This document shows positions 30,022 to 39,234 of a DNA stretch of 64,000 nucleotides, in pieces. How positions within the stretch are numbered: position 1 is the stretch's first letter; each line of letters opens with the position of its first letter. This DNA is from Candidatus Amesbacteria bacterium RIFCSPLOWO2_01_FULL_48_25 (GTDB lineage Bacteria > Patescibacteriota > Microgenomatia > CAZETR01 > Amesbacteraceae): positions 25,547-89,546 of the forward strand of contig MEXN01000003.1 of assembly GCA_001773695.1 (NCBI GenBank), given 5' to 3'. The position numbers and the translations under genes were made by a program. The notes below the pieces were generated by a model. It saw only the letters and a program-made list of their open reading frames with translations. It was not told the DNA's origin and made no database searches.

Positions 30022-30751
30022 GGGTGAGGGAGCGGTAGCGAACCGTAAGAAGGCCGGTCAAGCCGGCTATGGCGTCTTTGATAAAACTGACACGGCGACT
30101 TTCCTGATGTCGCCAAGAAACTCGAACTTCGGAAATTTTGAACCCGAGTTTACGGCCCAAATATAAAAGTTCCACGTCGAAGCCAGGATTGACGGCTGGG
30201 CCAGAAACTACTTTGGGTGGATGAACCTGATTCATGATGGTAAATATTTTTTGGGCAGCATTGCGGTTGAAAGCTTTGAAACCGCACTGAGAGTCTTTGA
30301 CCGGAAGTCGAAGAATAAGGTTGCGAAGGATTATATTTCCGAAAGCCAGGATTTTTCTAAACAGGGGAGCGTTGGGACGACCAGATCTGGAACCAATAAC
30401 AATATCTGATCCGCTTTCTAGAAGAGGCAAGAATTTATCAAATTCGGATATGGGGGTGGCTTGGTCCATGTCCGTAAACAAAATTAATTCTCCTTTGGCT
30501 GCAAGTGCTCCGGAAATAATCCCAGCGGCTTTGCCCATGTGGGGATTATTTATGACTCGGGAATGTGGATGAGATTTGGCGAATTGGTTCAACTGGGCTA
30601 ATGTGGTGTCGGTCGAACCATCATTGACCAGAATTAACTCCCAAGTAAATTTCTGGTGTTTGAGATAATCTGCTACTAATTCCAGTGACCCACGATGTAA
30701 ATTGTCTTCTTCGTTATAAGCTGAGACTATGACAGATAAGTATGGAGTCAC
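30008..30751 (-). CDS. GT2 polyprenol-phosphate sugar synthase (DPM1/GtrB/ArnC-like)
   Basis: 247 aa. LSVIVSAYNEEDNL...ELILVNDGSTDTT...ILFTDMDQATP...IGSRS. GTG start with a GTGA overlap. Confidence 0.75.
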   Translation of the reverse strand: MTPYLSVIVSAYNEEDNLHRGSLELVADYLKHQKFTWELILVNDGSTDTTLAQLNQFAKSHPHSRVINNPHMGKAAGIISGALAAKGELILFTDMDQATPISEFDKFLPLLESGSDIVIGSRSGRPNAPLFRKILAFGNIILRNLILRLPVKDSQCGFKAFNRNAAQKIFTIMNQVHPPKVVSGPAVNPGFDVELLYLGRKLGFKISEVRVSWRHQESRRVSFIKDAIAGLTGLLTVRYRSLTHAYK

Positions 30752-32202
30752 TTTGTAAATCCAAACATGGGGTCAGTAAGATTAGAATCAGCTCCGGAAC
30801 AGCTTTCGACTATTGATTGCGGAGTGTAGCGGGAGTATTCAGGCCAAATCAACCCCAGGGCACCAAATGTCCGATCCAGTCGGCCTACGAGGGAATGGGG
30901 AAAAACGATGGTATATACGGGGGCCAGGCTGGAGGGTGGAGCTAGTTTTTGGCCGGCTAGCCAAAAAAGATAACGGTAGCCAAGATCGTTTCCAGGAGTG
31001 ACGATGTACGAAACAGCCACGCACGGAAAATTGCGGGCTATGGCATCGTTGCGAATGGCCTGGACAATAGTCTGGCGATAAACATAGCCGCTGCGATTGA
31101 CGGGGGATGAGATGAGGCGGTATATATTGTGAATCACAAATATGGCGATAATTGCCCAAGCAATTTTGTGGTTTAGACGAGCGAGGGAGAGGGCAGCAAT
31201 AGCAATCCAGACAATATTCAGCCCGTTGAGATAGTACTCTGAAAGGTTAATTGGGTGAAGTACAAAAAAAACAAACGTTAATCCTAGCCATCCTGAAATA
31301 AAAAATAGCAAGCGGGGAGTGAAAAACCTGCGGGAAAAGTGGATTACAAAACCCAGAAGTAAGATTGTTGGTAGTAAGTGAATGGAAACTCCGCCTGGTT
31401 TGTCCCAAAAAATATTATTGGCGTTTCTGGCGGAGTATAGCCAAACTTGGGCAATTTTCTGGGTATACGACCTGGTTACTTGAGCGCGCGAAGAAAATGA
31501 ATTTATAAATGATCTAACCTGGACAAAGTTGTGGCGGGTTTCAAACACAAAAAGCGGCAGGGAGAGAGTGATAAAAACCAGGATCGGCAAAAGAAAGTCG
31601 CTTGTCGTGAATTTACTTCGTTGTTTCCACCAGATTATAAAAACCAATGGAAAAAGCAGGCCCAGGGCTAGATGAATATTCCAGACAAGTCCCCCGAGGG
31701 TAGCCAGTATTAATAAGGAAGACTTACGTCCCCGCCATAAGCCATGGGCGGCATAGAGAAACCAAACGGTCCATAAAAAAACCGGGGCAGTGGGAACAAT
31801 TTCCCGTTCGGTTTGGCTGATATTAAAAGACGTGGCGTATATTAAAAGTCCTATTATCGAGACCCGATATCCCCATAATTTATTAAAGACCCAGGTTACG
31901 CTGAATAAAGCAGCGATGCTTATAATTAAAGAAAAACCCATTACTCCCGCTGGATCCATCCGGGAGGCGAGATAAAACGGGATGAGGGAGTAATAAAAAT
32001 AGGGGCCGATGAAAATGCCGGGGGAGGAAGTGAGTTGACCAATTAGACGGGGGTGGCCGTCTATTAACATGTCTTTGACAATCCATGAGGACAGATCGGT
32101 GTCGTGGTTGTACTGGAATCGCTCAAGCGGCTGGTAAAGGCGCATGAAAAGACCAAGGGTGATAATTGTTGAAAGCAAAATTAACCTAATTGACTTAAAC
32201 AT
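30748..32202 (-). CDS. GT-C membrane glycosyltransferase, ArnT-like family B
   Basis: Start trimmed to MFKSIRLILLSTIITLGLFMRLY at 32202. NHDTDLSSWIVKDM, GPYFYYSLIPFYL. Paralog of 32204..33670. Confidence 0.55.
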   Translation of the reverse strand: MFKSIRLILLSTIITLGLFMRLYQPLERFQYNHDTDLSSWIVKDMLIDGHPRLIGQLTSSPGIFIGPYFYYSLIPFYLASRMDPAGVMGFSLIISIAALFSVTWVFNKLWGYRVSIIGLLIYATSFNISQTEREIVPTAPVFLWTVWFLYAAHGLWRGRKSSLLILATLGGLVWNIHLALGLLFPLVFIIWWKQRSKFTTSDFLLPILVFITLSLPLFVFETRHNFVQVRSFINSFSSRAQVTRSYTQKIAQVWLYSARNANNIFWDKPGGVSIHLLPTILLLGFVIHFSRRFFTPRLLFFISGWLGLTFVFFVLHPINLSEYYLNGLNIVWIAIAALSLARLNHKIAWAIIAIFVIHNIYRLISSPVNRSGYVYRQTIVQAIRNDAIARNFPCVAVSYIVTPGNDLGYRYLFWLAGQKLAPPSSLAPVYTIVFPHSLVGRLDRTFGALGLIWPEYSRYTPQSIVESCSGADSNLTDPMFGFTK

Positions 32203-32203
32203 G

Positions 32204-33670
32204 TTAATTGAATTTGTGCCTGTAGCGGCGTTGAACAGTGAGCGGCCCAAACGATTTGGTAGTTTCCAGAGAGCTGTAATAAGTCTGACGAATTAGCCAA
32301 TTATTGAGAAGTGTGGGGTGCTCCCAATCCGGTTCCTGGATAGTGTACAGCCGGGTTTGCAAGGGGGTTGATGGCTGGTATCCGTACTTGGTCGAACCTA
32401 GCCACAGAAAAAGATAGTCGTAAGCCAGGGGAATAATTGGGGGAACGTAAACATCGGTATTAAACGCCTGGCCAGCTGCATCCACGTATACCCAATCTAT
32501 GGCAAGGAGCTGGGGAGTGAGTGAGATATATCCGGGGAGAGCCTGGGTATAGAAGAGGTAGTTGTTTTTCAAGTTTTGAAAAAGGAAAAGGGAAACTAAG
32601 AATATGACGACCAACCGACTTTTGGGAAAATGATAGAAAGCGTATGTCCAGATTGAGGCAATCAAAAGTATGAAAACGGGGTACACGCCGGTAAAATAAT
32701 AATCCCAAACATAGCCCTTGTTACCATGATAAAAGAGTAGAATGACCACGGGAGTCAACCACCAAATAAAGGTTGAGACAATTGGTTTGGAAGATATGTG
32801 ATGACGAACTAATAAAAACAAGGCGAGGGATAAAACGACGAATAACAGCATGGCCCAAGGTAAGGTGAAAAGTTTGGAAGTAAAAAATTGATAATATAGG
32901 GCCAGTCTGGTGGTAAAGAAATCAGTGACAGCGGGTTGAAAACTGCGATCCCCTATTAAAAACTTCATAAAAGAGTTTAATAGTATGTTTTGATGCCGGA
33001 AGTTAAATAAGATCTGGGGGACAAGCGTGGATACAAAAGGCAATGATGAGAAGATAAAATTGTTACGATTTAGGATTAATGATTTACGGTTTAGGAAGAG
33101 AATAATAAGAGTCGAGGGAATAAAAAAAATGGCAGAGGCGGCTTCTAGCTGTAAAGTGAGACCGATACCCAAACCCAAGAAAAGCCAGTATCTTTTGCGA
33201 GGGGAAGAGGAAATTATTTTCAGAATACTCCAGAAAGTAATCAAGGCAAAAAGAGGAAGCGGAGTAGGATTAGACAGCCAACGGTGGTAACGGATTAGCT
33301 CTGATGAAAAAGACACTATGGCCGCTGCTAGAAGGCCGGTAGGTTGAGAAAAAAACTCACTGCCAATACGATAAAGGAGATAAATTGCCAGCACGTTGAG
33401 CCCGGCCAAAAAAACGCTTGGAAAAGCAGGATTGCCTTGACCCAGAAGATATGCCGGAGTGATGAGATAGTAATAAAAAGGTCCCAAAAATATACCCTCG
33501 ATTCCAGTGGTCGGTCCAACCAAAAATAACTTTTGTTTATGAATGAGATCCCAAACGACTTTGGCGTCCCGTCCTTGGTCGTACCAAAAGCCCAAAAAAT
33601 CCTGGGTGCGGTAGACCCTAAGGAAAAAAGCTGATACCAAAATCGAAACGAGAATTATTTTATGTTTCAT
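32204..33670 (-). CDS. GT-C membrane glycosyltransferase, ArnT-like family B
   Basis: 488 aa. FWYDQGRDAKVVWDLI, LGPFYYYLITPAYLL. Confidence 0.55.
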   Translation of the reverse strand: MKHKIILVSILVSAFFLRVYRTQDFLGFWYDQGRDAKVVWDLIHKQKLFLVGPTTGIEGIFLGPFYYYLITPAYLLGQGNPAFPSVFLAGLNVLAIYLLYRIGSEFFSQPTGLLAAAIVSFSSELIRYHRWLSNPTPLPLFALITFWSILKIISSSPRKRYWLFLGLGIGLTLQLEAASAIFFIPSTLIILFLNRKSLILNRNNFIFSSLPFVSTLVPQILFNFRHQNILLNSFMKFLIGDRSFQPAVTDFFTTRLALYYQFFTSKLFTLPWAMLLFVVLSLALFLLVRHHISSKPIVSTFIWWLTPVVILLFYHGNKGYVWDYYFTGVYPVFILLIASIWTYAFYHFPKSRLVVIFLVSLFLFQNLKNNYLFYTQALPGYISLTPQLLAIDWVYVDAAGQAFNTDVYVPPIIPLAYDYLFLWLGSTKYGYQPSTPLQTRLYTIQEPDWEHPTLLNNWLIRQTYYSSLETTKSFGPLTVQRRYRHKFN

Positions 33671-35108
33671 TTTTTCCGGAAGGGTTGGGTACTAGTCGAT
33701 AAAGCTTTACTCCCCAGGGAAAATCCCAAACTCCATCTATTTTGGCCCAACCGAAGGAAGCGATTTCCCAAAGGGAGTTACCGATGGGCTGGCAATCTGG
33801 AATTTCACAGATGACAAATAACTGACCAGTTATTTTCTGATGGATAGTAAAGTACGGAGCTTCGTTTAACTGGAGAAAATAACGGTAAGCGGCATCGTAA
33901 TTGGTTTTGGCAAGAAGCGCCAGATTAAAGGGCTGGTCTGCTGATTCAGATTTAATAAATTCGGCGATCTGGCGGGTATGGGCCAGCTGGTTATTGGGAG
34001 GATAGCGAAAAGAATTACTTTGCAAATTAATAAAAATTAGGGGCAAAATTAAAATAAAATTTAGCTTGAAACCTCTTAAGAAGTAGCCGACCAGGAGGAA
34101 TACGGCCGGAAAGAGAAACCCATAGTAATGATCGTAAATGTGTTGTTTATAGAGACCCAGTCCCAAAAGTCCAAAGCCTAACCAGGAGGCAATAAACCAA
34201 AAGTCCCTATTTTTGCTGCGGATTAAATAAAAGACTGTGGATAAAGCGAGAATCACTGCCGTCCACTGGCCAATCAATAAATTCTTGGCTGCCAATAGGC
34301 TAGTGACCATGTCCTGCCAAATTGGCCAGAGATTCGGGATGGCCTTGTAGGCTTTGAAATTTACGGTAGTTTGTCTGTCGGTAAAAAATGTTTTGATGGC
34401 AGCAAAGTTTTGACCATTGTGACGAAGATCGAAAAATAATAATGGAGACATAAGTAATGCCCAAATCACGAATCCCAGAATCAAATATTTTTTATTAGAT
34501 AGTTTGTTTGGACTCAAAAATAGAAATAAACATATCGATGGGGCTAGGAGCAAGCCCAAGTAATGAGAATTGAGAACGAAAGCAAAAGAAACTGCCGAAA
34601 TAAGCAGCCAGTGCCAGTAACCAAAGCGCCAAACTTTCCAAATTCCATACATGGCGGGCAGGGCGAAGAACGGCATAACGTTAGGGTTCCAAGAGGAACG
34701 GGAATAGATAATCACCGTTGGGGAAACAGCGTAAAGAGTAGCTACCGCCAGGGCAGGAAATCTGCCAAACCATTGACGACCTACCCACCAGATCAGGCCA
34801 ACTGTCATTAGTCCAATGACCGAAACGAAAATGGCTGGACCAACTGGGGACAAATTAAAAACTAAAAGAGATGGAGCAACGAGGTAATAATAGAGAGGGC
34901 CGAGATACATGTTGCCTATAGATGTACCTGGGCCGATGGCGGGGAAATGTTTAAGTGTGACCATGTCCTTCATGACGATGGCATCCCGACCTTCATCACC
35001 CAAAAAGGTCATATATTGGTCTATTTTGTAAAGGCGCATGATTGCGCCAAACAAAAGTATAAAAATGATCGCGACTCTTTCTAACTTTGTTATCGAAGTT
35101 TTTTCCAT
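33660..35108 (-). CDS. GT-C membrane glycosyltransferase, ArnT-like family B
   Basis: 482 aa. FLGDEGRDAIVMKDMV, LGPLYYYLVAPSLLV. Confidence 0.55.
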   Translation of the reverse strand: MEKTSITKLERVAIIFILLFGAIMRLYKIDQYMTFLGDEGRDAIVMKDMVTLKHFPAIGPGTSIGNMYLGPLYYYLVAPSLLVFNLSPVGPAIFVSVIGLMTVGLIWWVGRQWFGRFPALAVATLYAVSPTVIIYSRSSWNPNVMPFFALPAMYGIWKVWRFGYWHWLLISAVSFAFVLNSHYLGLLLAPSICLFLFLSPNKLSNKKYLILGFVIWALLMSPLLFFDLRHNGQNFAAIKTFFTDRQTTVNFKAYKAIPNLWPIWQDMVTSLLAAKNLLIGQWTAVILALSTVFYLIRSKNRDFWFIASWLGFGLLGLGLYKQHIYDHYYGFLFPAVFLLVGYFLRGFKLNFILILPLIFINLQSNSFRYPPNNQLAHTRQIAEFIKSESADQPFNLALLAKTNYDAAYRYFLQLNEAPYFTIHQKITGQLFVICEIPDCQPIGNSLWEIASFGWAKIDGVWDFPWGVKLYRLVPNPSGKNET

Positions 35109-35782
35109 AGCTTAATCAGGTCCACCAGACTTTTTAGAACTACTTTGAGATTGGCACCTGTTTGTTGGCCATGTTCGCGAGGATAATGGTGGACGCCTAC
35201 CTCAGCAAACTTGAATCCTAGTCTCTGAGCCTTGACCAACATTTCGATTTGAGTCACTTTTTCTTCACCCACCAGAGGTTGAATGGAATCAAAAACTTTC
35301 TTTTTGAGAAGTTTAAATCCGCATGAATAGTCTTTAACTTGCATGCCAAATAAAATTTTTGGGATTAATGCCCAACAGAAAGTGTAAATCTTGCGCATTA
35401 AAGAATCGGCTCTTTTTAGGCGGTAGCCTAAAATCAGATCTGCGAAGGATGATTTGTCGATAAATTTGGTGATTTCGGAGAAATCGAATTGTCCATCTGC
35501 ATCGGTAAATGCCACCCAGGAATATTTGGCTTGAGTGAAGCCGGTTTTAAGCGCGCCCCCGTACCCGCGGTTTGGAGAGTGGTGAATCACTCTGATGTGG
35601 GATTTTTTTTGGGCTAGCTTGTCTGCTATCTCTCCCGTTTTGTCTTTTGACCCATCGTCTACTATGATTATCTCCCAAATCCTTGCGACTTGGTTAAGAA
35701 CCGGTATAACTTTTTGTATCGTTTCTTCTAGATTGCTCTCCTCATTGTACGCCGGAAAAAAGACCGATAGTTCGTCAAGCAT
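35090..35782 (-). CDS. GT2 polyprenol-phosphate sugar synthase (DPM1/GtrB/ArnC-like)
   Basis: 230 aa. LSVFFPAYNEESNL...EIIIVDDGSKDKT...VAFTDADGQFD...LGYR. Confidence 0.75.
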   Translation of the reverse strand: MLDELSVFFPAYNEESNLEETIQKVIPVLNQVARIWEIIIVDDGSKDKTGEIADKLAQKKSHIRVIHHSPNRGYGGALKTGFTQAKYSWVAFTDADGQFDFSEITKFIDKSSFADLILGYRLKRADSLMRKIYTFCWALIPKILFGMQVKDYSCGFKLLKKKVFDSIQPLVGEEKVTQIEMLVKAQRLGFKFAEVGVHHYPREHGQQTGANLKVVLKSLVDLIKLWKKLR

Positions 35783-35815
35783 GCCTTAATCATATCAAAA
35801 TGGTAATATTTAGGG

Positions 35816-36859
35816 GTGACCAGAGTGGTTAGAGATTGCCTGATTTTGGTGGGGGTAGCGGTTGTTTCCACGGTAGTATTGTGGGTGGCAGTGGGAATGA
35901 AGACGATTTACCAGAATTTTGACGGGCCATATTACGCAGTGATCGCCAAATGCTGGTATGACAAAGAGTGTGTTGGGAAAAATTTTTCTTTCCCATTACC
36001 AGCAGAGTATTATCTGGCTCACTTCCCGCTCTACCCTGCCCTGATGGGACTATTTGGAGGAGTGGGTCTCGTGAGAGCGGCAGCATTAATAAACCTGTTG
36101 GCAACAATTGGAGCGGCTGTGGTGTTATATAAAATGGCAGGGGAGAAATTGTGGATAGCTTTGACCTGGCTGTTTTGGTGGCCGAGAATGTGGGTGGTGC
36201 GGTCTGTGGGGGGTGCGGAAACGCTACTGATACTTGGGTTGTTAGTGTCAATGTATTTTTTTATTAAGAAAAAATATGTGTGGGCTGGTGTGATTGGGGC
36301 TCTAGCTGTACTAGCTAAGCCGCCGGGAATTTTACTGTTTGGGGGATATGCGTTGTATTTTCTGGTTAAAAAGTTCGACTGGAGAGCTTGGCCACTTTTT
36401 TTAATGCCGGTAGTTCTTGGGGGCTTATTTTGGTTTTACAAAGTTCAAACCGGAGATTTCTGGGCATATTTTCATTCCGGGGACAATATTCATCTGCAAA
36501 TGCTTCCCTTTGGTGTGTTTGACAGTAATCAGCCATGGGTGGGGACGTTTTGGCTGGAGGATGTGCTGTGGGTTTATCTCATTGGTCTAATTGGAGTAAT
36601 TAGAGCGATGCGAAAAAACCCAATGTTGGGATATTTTGGAGCAGTATTTTACACGACTATTTTATTCGTGTCACACCGGGATATTGCCAGATACAGCTTG
36701 CCGCTAGTTCCGGTAGTTTTGATTGGACTATCCGAGATATTTGAACGTCGTGAGGTCAGATGGGCACTGGTACTACTGGTAATACCCATGTTTTTTTACA
36801 GCGTAAACTTTTTGCTTCATAACCAAGTGGCTATTTCCGACTGGGGACCGTTTTTGTGA
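35816..36859 (+). CDS. Polytopic membrane protein (putative GT-C-type mannosyl/glycosyltransferase)
   Basis: 347 aa, GTG start, about 10 TM helices. Plus strand, divergent from 35090..35782. Confidence 0.4.
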   Translation: MTRVVRDCLILVGVAVVSTVVLWVAVGMKTIYQNFDGPYYAVIAKCWYDKECVGKNFSFPLPAEYYLAHFPLYPALMGLFGGVGLVRAAALINLLATIGAAVVLYKMAGEKLWIALTWLFWWPRMWVVRSVGGAETLLILGLLVSMYFFIKKKYVWAGVIGALAVLAKPPGILLFGGYALYFLVKKFDWRAWPLFLMPVVLGGLFWFYKVQTGDFWAYFHSGDNIHLQMLPFGVFDSNQPWVGTFWLEDVLWVYLIGLIGVIRAMRKNPMLGYFGAVFYTTILFVSHRDIARYSLPLVPVVLIGLSEIFERREVRWALVLLVIPMFFYSVNFLLHNQVAISDWGPFL

Positions 36860-36862
36860 TAA

Positions 36863-37306
36863 TTAGGGAAGCATCAAGTCCGTGCGGGAAATTCCCACGT
36901 TGGATTCTAGGCGGTTGATAGCTTTGGCGCTTTTGATGTGGAGGCGGTCCAGAAAGTCAAAATCTTCCCTGATGACTTTTTCGATTTTGGTTAACCTTCG
37001 TTCGATTGGTTTAAGTTCTTTCTTAATAATTGCCGGAACGCTCTTACTGATTATGTTGGGCACCAATTGGTTAATGATCGCGGGGACACTCTGGTTAATG
37101 ATCGCGGGGACACTCTGGTTAATGATCGCGGGGACACTCTGGTTAATGATCGCGGGGACACTCTGGTTAATGATCGCGGGGACACTCTGGTTAATGATCG
37201 CGGGGACACTCTGGTTAATGATCGCGGGGACACGCGCGTCAACGATTGCCGTGACCTTCCTGTCAATCAGATCACCTACTTTTTGTAAATCAGAGTTAGT
37301 CAGCAT
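36863..37306 (-). CDS. Tandem-repeat protein with (S/R)VPAIINQ x8; function unknown
   Basis: 147 aa. MLTNSDLQKVGDLIDRKVTAIVDARVPAIINQ(SVPAIINQ)x6..LVPNIISKSVPAIIKKELKPIERRLTKIEK. The repeats are encoded by the 24-bp DNA tandem repeat. No signal peptide or TM helix. Confidence 0.5.
   Translation of the reverse strand: MLTNSDLQKVGDLIDRKVTAIVDARVPAIINQSVPAIINQSVPAIINQSVPAIINQSVPAIINQSVPAIINQSVPAIINQLVPNIISKSVPAIIKKELKPIERRLTKIEKVIREDFDFLDRLHIKSAKAINRLESNVGISRTDLMLP
37069..37236. repeat. 24-bp tandem repeat (ggttaatgatcgcggggacactct): six perfect copies plus one variant copy, with degenerate copies on both flanks
   Basis: Counted directly at 37069-37092, 37093-37116, 37117-37140, 37141-37164, 37165-37188 and 37189-37212. 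The copy at 37213-37236 ends in cgcg. Confidence 0.95.
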
Positions 37307-37318
37307 AGATGAATTGTA

Positions 37319-38455
37319 TCATTTGAGTGACGTCTTCCAGATAAACTTGTTGTAGATGTAGTAGTTGGCCACAAGGACGATGGCGATGGCGCCGAAATAG
37401 AAGAATTGGATAATGAGGCCGTTACCCCGAGCGAAAAATTCTCCGATGCGCAAGACGACAAACTGGATAGCCAGGGCCAGGAGTGAGGTCAGATTGAATT
37501 GGAAGAACTTGCCAATTATTTTAGCTCCCGTGACCTGATAATCCTTAAAAGTCCAGAGATTGTTGAGAGTGAAGTTACTGATGATAGCGATTTCCCCGCC
37601 AATAACTGTGGCTATGGATGGAGTCAGGATATGGGTGAAAACACTGGTAATTTCGAAAAACAGGGTTTGGAGAGTGAGTCCGGTGCCACCGACGACTGCG
37701 AACTTGAGGAAACGACGGATTTTAGGGTTGTGCCATTGAAGAAGAAAGATGACGCGAAGAGTTTCCTGCATTTCGTTTTTGATGATTTTGGACTCTCCTT
37801 CCTCGCGATTTCCGAACGCAAATGGGACTTCTTTGACCTTGGCTCCTTTTTGAACCATGTAGAAAAACAGATGAATCTTGTAAGCAAATCGCTTGGATAA
37901 AAGGGTACTAAAATCAAATTCATCCATAAACCCTTTGACCCGGGATAGTTTGAAGCCGCCAGTGACGTCATGAATATGCGGCATCATAAGAGTAATCCTG
38001 GCGACTAGATTGCCAACAACGCTTAAAAATTTTCGATCAATGCTCCAATTATTTGGTATGGAGCCTCCCGGTACATAACGAGAGGCAACTATATAGTCAT
38101 AACCGCGATCAATCTGCTCGATCAGGCGGGGAATATCAGCTGGGGGGTGTTGAAAGTCGGCGTCCATTTCCATTAACCAGTCTGCTTTGAGTTCCTCCAT
38201 GGCATACGGCATGCCCGCAGCATAAGCGGCACCTAGTCCTTCTTTTTTGGAGTTGACCAATAGATGCAGCCAGGGATATTTTTTTTGAAACTGTCTGACG
38301 ATATCTGCTGTCCCGTCCGGACTGGTATCGTCTACATAAAGAAGCTCAACCTGATGATTTTTGATGTTGGGTAAAATATCTGCCATTGCCGAAACCATAC
38401 GGGGAACACTTTCGGCTTCGTTATAAGAAGGCATGACAATAACAACTTTGACCAT
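37319..38455 (-). CDS. GT2 polyprenol-phosphate glycosyltransferase (GtrB/DPM1-like) fused to a C-terminal GtrA-like flippase domain
   Basis: Start trimmed to MVKVVIVMPSYNEAESV at 38455. LLYVDDTSPDG...MEMDADFQHPP...VASRY. The C-terminal LKFAVVGGTGLTLQTLFFEI...IWKTSLK is GtrA-like, with 4 TM helices. Confidence 0.7.
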   Translation of the reverse strand: MVKVVIVMPSYNEAESVPRMVSAMADILPNIKNHQVELLYVDDTSPDGTADIVRQFQKKYPWLHLLVNSKKEGLGAAYAAGMPYAMEELKADWLMEMDADFQHPPADIPRLIEQIDRGYDYIVASRYVPGGSIPNNWSIDRKFLSVVGNLVARITLMMPHIHDVTGGFKLSRVKGFMDEFDFSTLLSKRFAYKIHLFFYMVQKGAKVKEVPFAFGNREEGESKIIKNEMQETLRVIFLLQWHNPKIRRFLKFAVVGGTGLTLQTLFFEITSVFTHILTPSIATVIGGEIAIISNFTLNNLWTFKDYQVTGAKIIGKFFQFNLTSLLALAIQFVVLRIGEFFARGNGLIIQFFYFGAIAIVLVANYYIYNKFIWKTSLK

Positions 38456-38504
38456 AATTACATGATACAGGCTGACGGTTTGATTTGCATTAGGCTTCCG
38501 GTAA

Positions 38505-39197
38505 TTAAAGAGTGAGAAGGTCTGAGATGTTGGCTGCCTGCAACGATGGTCGAATTCCACCATCTGAAGTTTCTGGGCTGAAAATCTTGGTTCTGCCGTT
38601 GGGAACATGTATGGTATAAGATCCGAGCTTCCCCGGAATACGTAGATCAGCTTGCAAATCGTCGCCAATTATGACCCATTTCCGGGGAGGGGTTTGGGAC
38701 TGCGAAAAAAAATCCTGCCATTGCTCTGACTTAGGTCTCTCAACTCGAAAACAATGAGTATGAGCAAACTTGCCAGACAAGCCAGTTTTGTTTTTCTTGT
38801 GATTTGTCCAATTGAGTAGAGCGTGGGTAGTCATAACAGTAACGAAATGTTGATTTAATTGATCCATGACGGCGATGGCACCCGGAAACAAATTGGGAAT
38901 ATCGGTGGCGTAAATTTGATCGATTCTATCTAAAGCCGCTTCTACTTTGGAATCTGTGTCGGGAATTATCAGTGTCCTGGCAGCTATCAGTACTGCCACT
39001 TTGACGATAACCGGATTGACGTTGAACTCTTTTTTGGTTCCGCGAACGCAATCGTCAATGACTTTCCTATCCACGCCTAAGGTTTGGCTGGCCTGGGCGA
39101 TCGCTTTTGAGAATACTTTTGATGTATCAATCAGTGTTCCGTCAAAGTCGACGGCGACATGAGTATATCCCTGATCTCTTAGCTTCTCGAACAGCAT
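38505..39197 (-). CDS. HAD-superfamily hydrolase/phosphatase
   Basis: 230 aa. VAVDFDGTLID is motif I (DxDGT), and IIGDD is motif IV. Confidence 0.65.
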   Translation of the reverse strand: MLFEKLRDQGYTHVAVDFDGTLIDTSKVFSKAIAQASQTLGVDRKVIDDCVRGTKKEFNVNPVIVKVAVLIAARTLIIPDTDSKVEAALDRIDQIYATDIPNLFPGAIAVMDQLNQHFVTVMTTHALLNWTNHKKNKTGLSGKFAHTHCFRVERPKSEQWQDFFSQSQTPPRKWVIIGDDLQADLRIPGKLGSYTIHVPNGRTKIFSPETSDGGIRPSLQAANISDLLTL

Positions 39198-39234
39198 GCT
39201 TTTGGAGTATACACGATGGTAAAATTGACTGAAG

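Noticed and set aside
37069-37236. Could the 24-bp direct repeat be a CRISPR array?
   Set aside because: The units are directly adjacent with no spacers and lie inside an ORF that reads through them. There are no cas genes nearby.
36882-37355. Plus-strand ORFs overlapping the repeat gene: 36882..37355 (157 aa, MIAGTLWL repeats), 37051..37266 and 37067..37288
   Set aside because: They are alternative-frame or antisense readings of the same 24-bp tandem repeat, which stays open in several frames. The minus-strand gene is flanked by proper neighbours and is the more plausible CDS.
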